Source of the DNA: Craspedostauros australis
Taxonomy: Eukaryota
Reading direction: 5' to 3'
DNA length: 46,778 bases
NCBI GenBank assembly: GCA_030167865.1
Contig: JALAGF010004636.1
Span: 1-46,778, forward strand
A model generated the notes under the pieces. It was not told the origin of the DNA and ran no database searches. It worked only from the letters and a program-made list of their open reading frames with translations. The first letter of the stretch is position 1. Every line of letters starts with the position of its first letter. The position numbers and the translations under genes were made by a program. This document shows, in pieces, positions 44,425-46,778 of the stretch.

Positions 44425-46139
44425 TCACGACAGCGTGGCAGTCTCGGATTCCTCGTCGGACGGTGTAGCGGTTTGTCGCCTCTCCAAGGCATCCGTAACT
44501 TTGGCACTGGCTTCAGCATCATTGCATCTGTCATCCTCGTCATCGTCACCACCGTTGTTGTCGTCCCGCCGGATATCGGGTTCAACATCCGCAATATCCA
44601 ACATCTCGGTATCATCATTGAAGTTGTTCTCATGCTGCATAGCGGGTGTGCCCAAGCCGATGCTGCCGCGATACAGCCGATCCGAGTGTTCGTAGTGCGA
44701 GAAACGCTGCTCATCGCTGTCTCCATGCCTCGTGCTGGTGGTCGCGATGCTCGACATGGTGTGCGGAGGTATCTTGCCATTCGGTGGTAACTTGCAGCCC
44801 GTTCGAGTAGAACCAGAGTACTGATGAATCCTTGACTCGCGCTTTGGCAACTCCTGGTCCGACAGGGCACATCGCAGGATGTAGGTCGCCGGTTCATTAG
44901 GCAGCGCATTTCGCCACTGCTGATACCGCGGCGACACGAAGATGATGAGGTTGAGCACGCCATTGAGGGATATGCAGATGCTGGCGAGAAAGAGATACAC
45001 AAAGACTGCCGGATTGCCGAGGTAGTCCTCCACATGGAACGCGCTGATGAGAATCTGCGTGAGGATGTTCCAAAACATCGAGTTGGCGTACACCCTGTAA
45101 TGGCGATGCATCGTGATACAGTGTGGTGTGTTGAGACGTATTATATGTGGATGGAGCAATGGATTGGTACGAATGTGATAGAGGTTGTCAGTTGATGCGC
45201 GCGTGAGATGACGACGATGATCAGAGAATCAATAGTGGCAGTGGCGCAAGGCAACCCTGCACCAAACGGATGCCCACGCACGCACGCACGCATACAGACA
45301 AACAGGCTTTGCATCTCCTCCAAGGACATGGAATATAATACAAGCAGAGTGTACCATAGATATGGAGTCCACCCATGTTCAACTTACAGACAGTACAGCA
45401 CGCACTGTCGCGTGACAATACGCTTGCGTTCCTGTTGCTGCTGCACCATCGCAGACGTCGTCATGGAATGGCGCATGCCTCTTGAGAGGGTCTGCCTGAC
45501 TGTGCGGTGCAGCATGTATGTGCACACAAAGCCGACGATGGCGATGATGAGCACCGATACAGAACCCATTCTACCGATGGCAGCCGATATTGCCCCGCCT
45601 CGCTCGCATTCCACATCGTCCTCGTTGATGCATCCATCTGGGTACTCTGAGATGTAACAGATACCCACCAACGAGAGTGGATTGTACGATTCCATGACCC
45701 AGGCGAATCCAGAGACCCCCACAATGTAGATGATGGTGACACTGTGATAGAACGGCTCGATCCTTTTCACGACCATCTCCTCCGTCCACTTGTACTTGAG
45801 CTGGAGGAGGAAGTTGATGGATATGAATGCGGTGTAACACGCTGTTGCTGTTGCCGAGGTGGTGTAGATGAAGCCAGACAGCGAGCACGTCATGTCGTTT
45901 CCCATGGCAAGCGGCCGACCTTCCACCCGATCTTCCGGCAGCATGAACGGCTGGACTATCTTGAGGAGGGAGAAGATAGCGTTGCTTAGCGACACGCACA
46001 GCAGGATCCTGTGGTAGATCTTGCTGAGATCCCGATTGACCAGGATGATCATGATCGTGCTGCTCGCCAACGACAGCAGGCTCGTCACAGCGAGTGCAAG
46101 GGTGACGACGATGTATTGCCATAGTGGGAGAGTCGCCAT
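44425..46139 (-). CDS. 7TM GPCR-like protein, paralogue 2, 473 aa; exons 46139-45388, 45094-44425
   Basis: Same exon-1 length (752 nt), same intron position and phase, and clear protein similarity to 40891-42674. Confidence 0.85.
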
Positions 46140-46778
46140 GATAAGGCAGTGGCGACGTTGTGGATGGAAGGTTGTAGTCCAGAGGTGGTCAATGGTTCTG
46201 GAGAGAAGTATCGCGATGGTTGCTCCTTGTATGGTATTCTACAAGTATGATGGTTATGCTTCGTTGTTGAGTTGTGTTTGTGAAGTATGGCTGTGTGGCT
46301 GACCTGGCCTCCCTGCGAGCTACGATAAGTGCAGCCCTTCGTTGCTGGTTCTGTTGTGCCCAAGCGGAGGTCGCTTTTCCGCAATGGTTGCAGTTGCGCG
46401 TGCTGGGGTCTCGCGATGAGGTGGAAGCAATCGTATCCCAACTTGAGAACTGTGCCCTTCCGCGGATTGACGGTTGTCTCGGTTGGTCTTCGTTTCGCAG
46501 CTGTTCCAGGGAGCCATGGTAATATAGATAATTTCCCTCAGGTCTAAAAACAAAGACCCAACGGGATTCATTCGAATTGGCAACCACACAAACAAAAAAT
46601 GAGAACAACGACAGGCAAAATGGGTCTCCTGCGCGATGCATTGTTCATACGTGTACAACCAATTACTCTGGTCTGCTCTACTTGTTTAGTCGCCGTCTCT
46701 CTAGTAACTGACTTGGAAAGGCTGGAAGAAGCCTTCATCAATGGACAGCTGTGTGATCATGGCAACCACCTTGAACAC

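Noticed and set aside
5135-46139. PLC and the GPCR pair as a linked signalling cluster
   Set aside because: They are more than 30 kb apart with many unrelated genes between them; there is no evidence beyond pathway plausibility.

Overview
Eukaryotic, intron-containing DNA that looks like a diatom (stramenopile) genome; the taxon call is inferred from gene content and GT-AG introns of roughly 150-380 nt. From left to right: a decayed, CpG-depleted piggyBac transposon; a 3-exon phosphoinositide phospholipase C; a candidate metal-uptake trio (Cys-rich single-pass membrane protein, head-to-head with an ISIP1-like beta-propeller membrane protein, which is tail-to-tail with a 4-exon ATX1-type copper chaperone that the ORF track misses); two tandem ankyrin-repeat paralogues flanking a broken GT4 glycosyltransferase; a stand-alone COG3899/AAA_16 STAND NTPase; two members of a diatom 'VxF...CxRGLE' family; a secreted protein with two GH99 domains; and two tandem 7TM GPCR-like genes. 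The two strongest leads are the metal-uptake trio and the hypervariable ankyrin pair next to the STAND NTPase (possible non-self recognition locus). I saw no CRISPR array, rRNA or tRNA. Family assignments come from motif recognition only; no database search was run.
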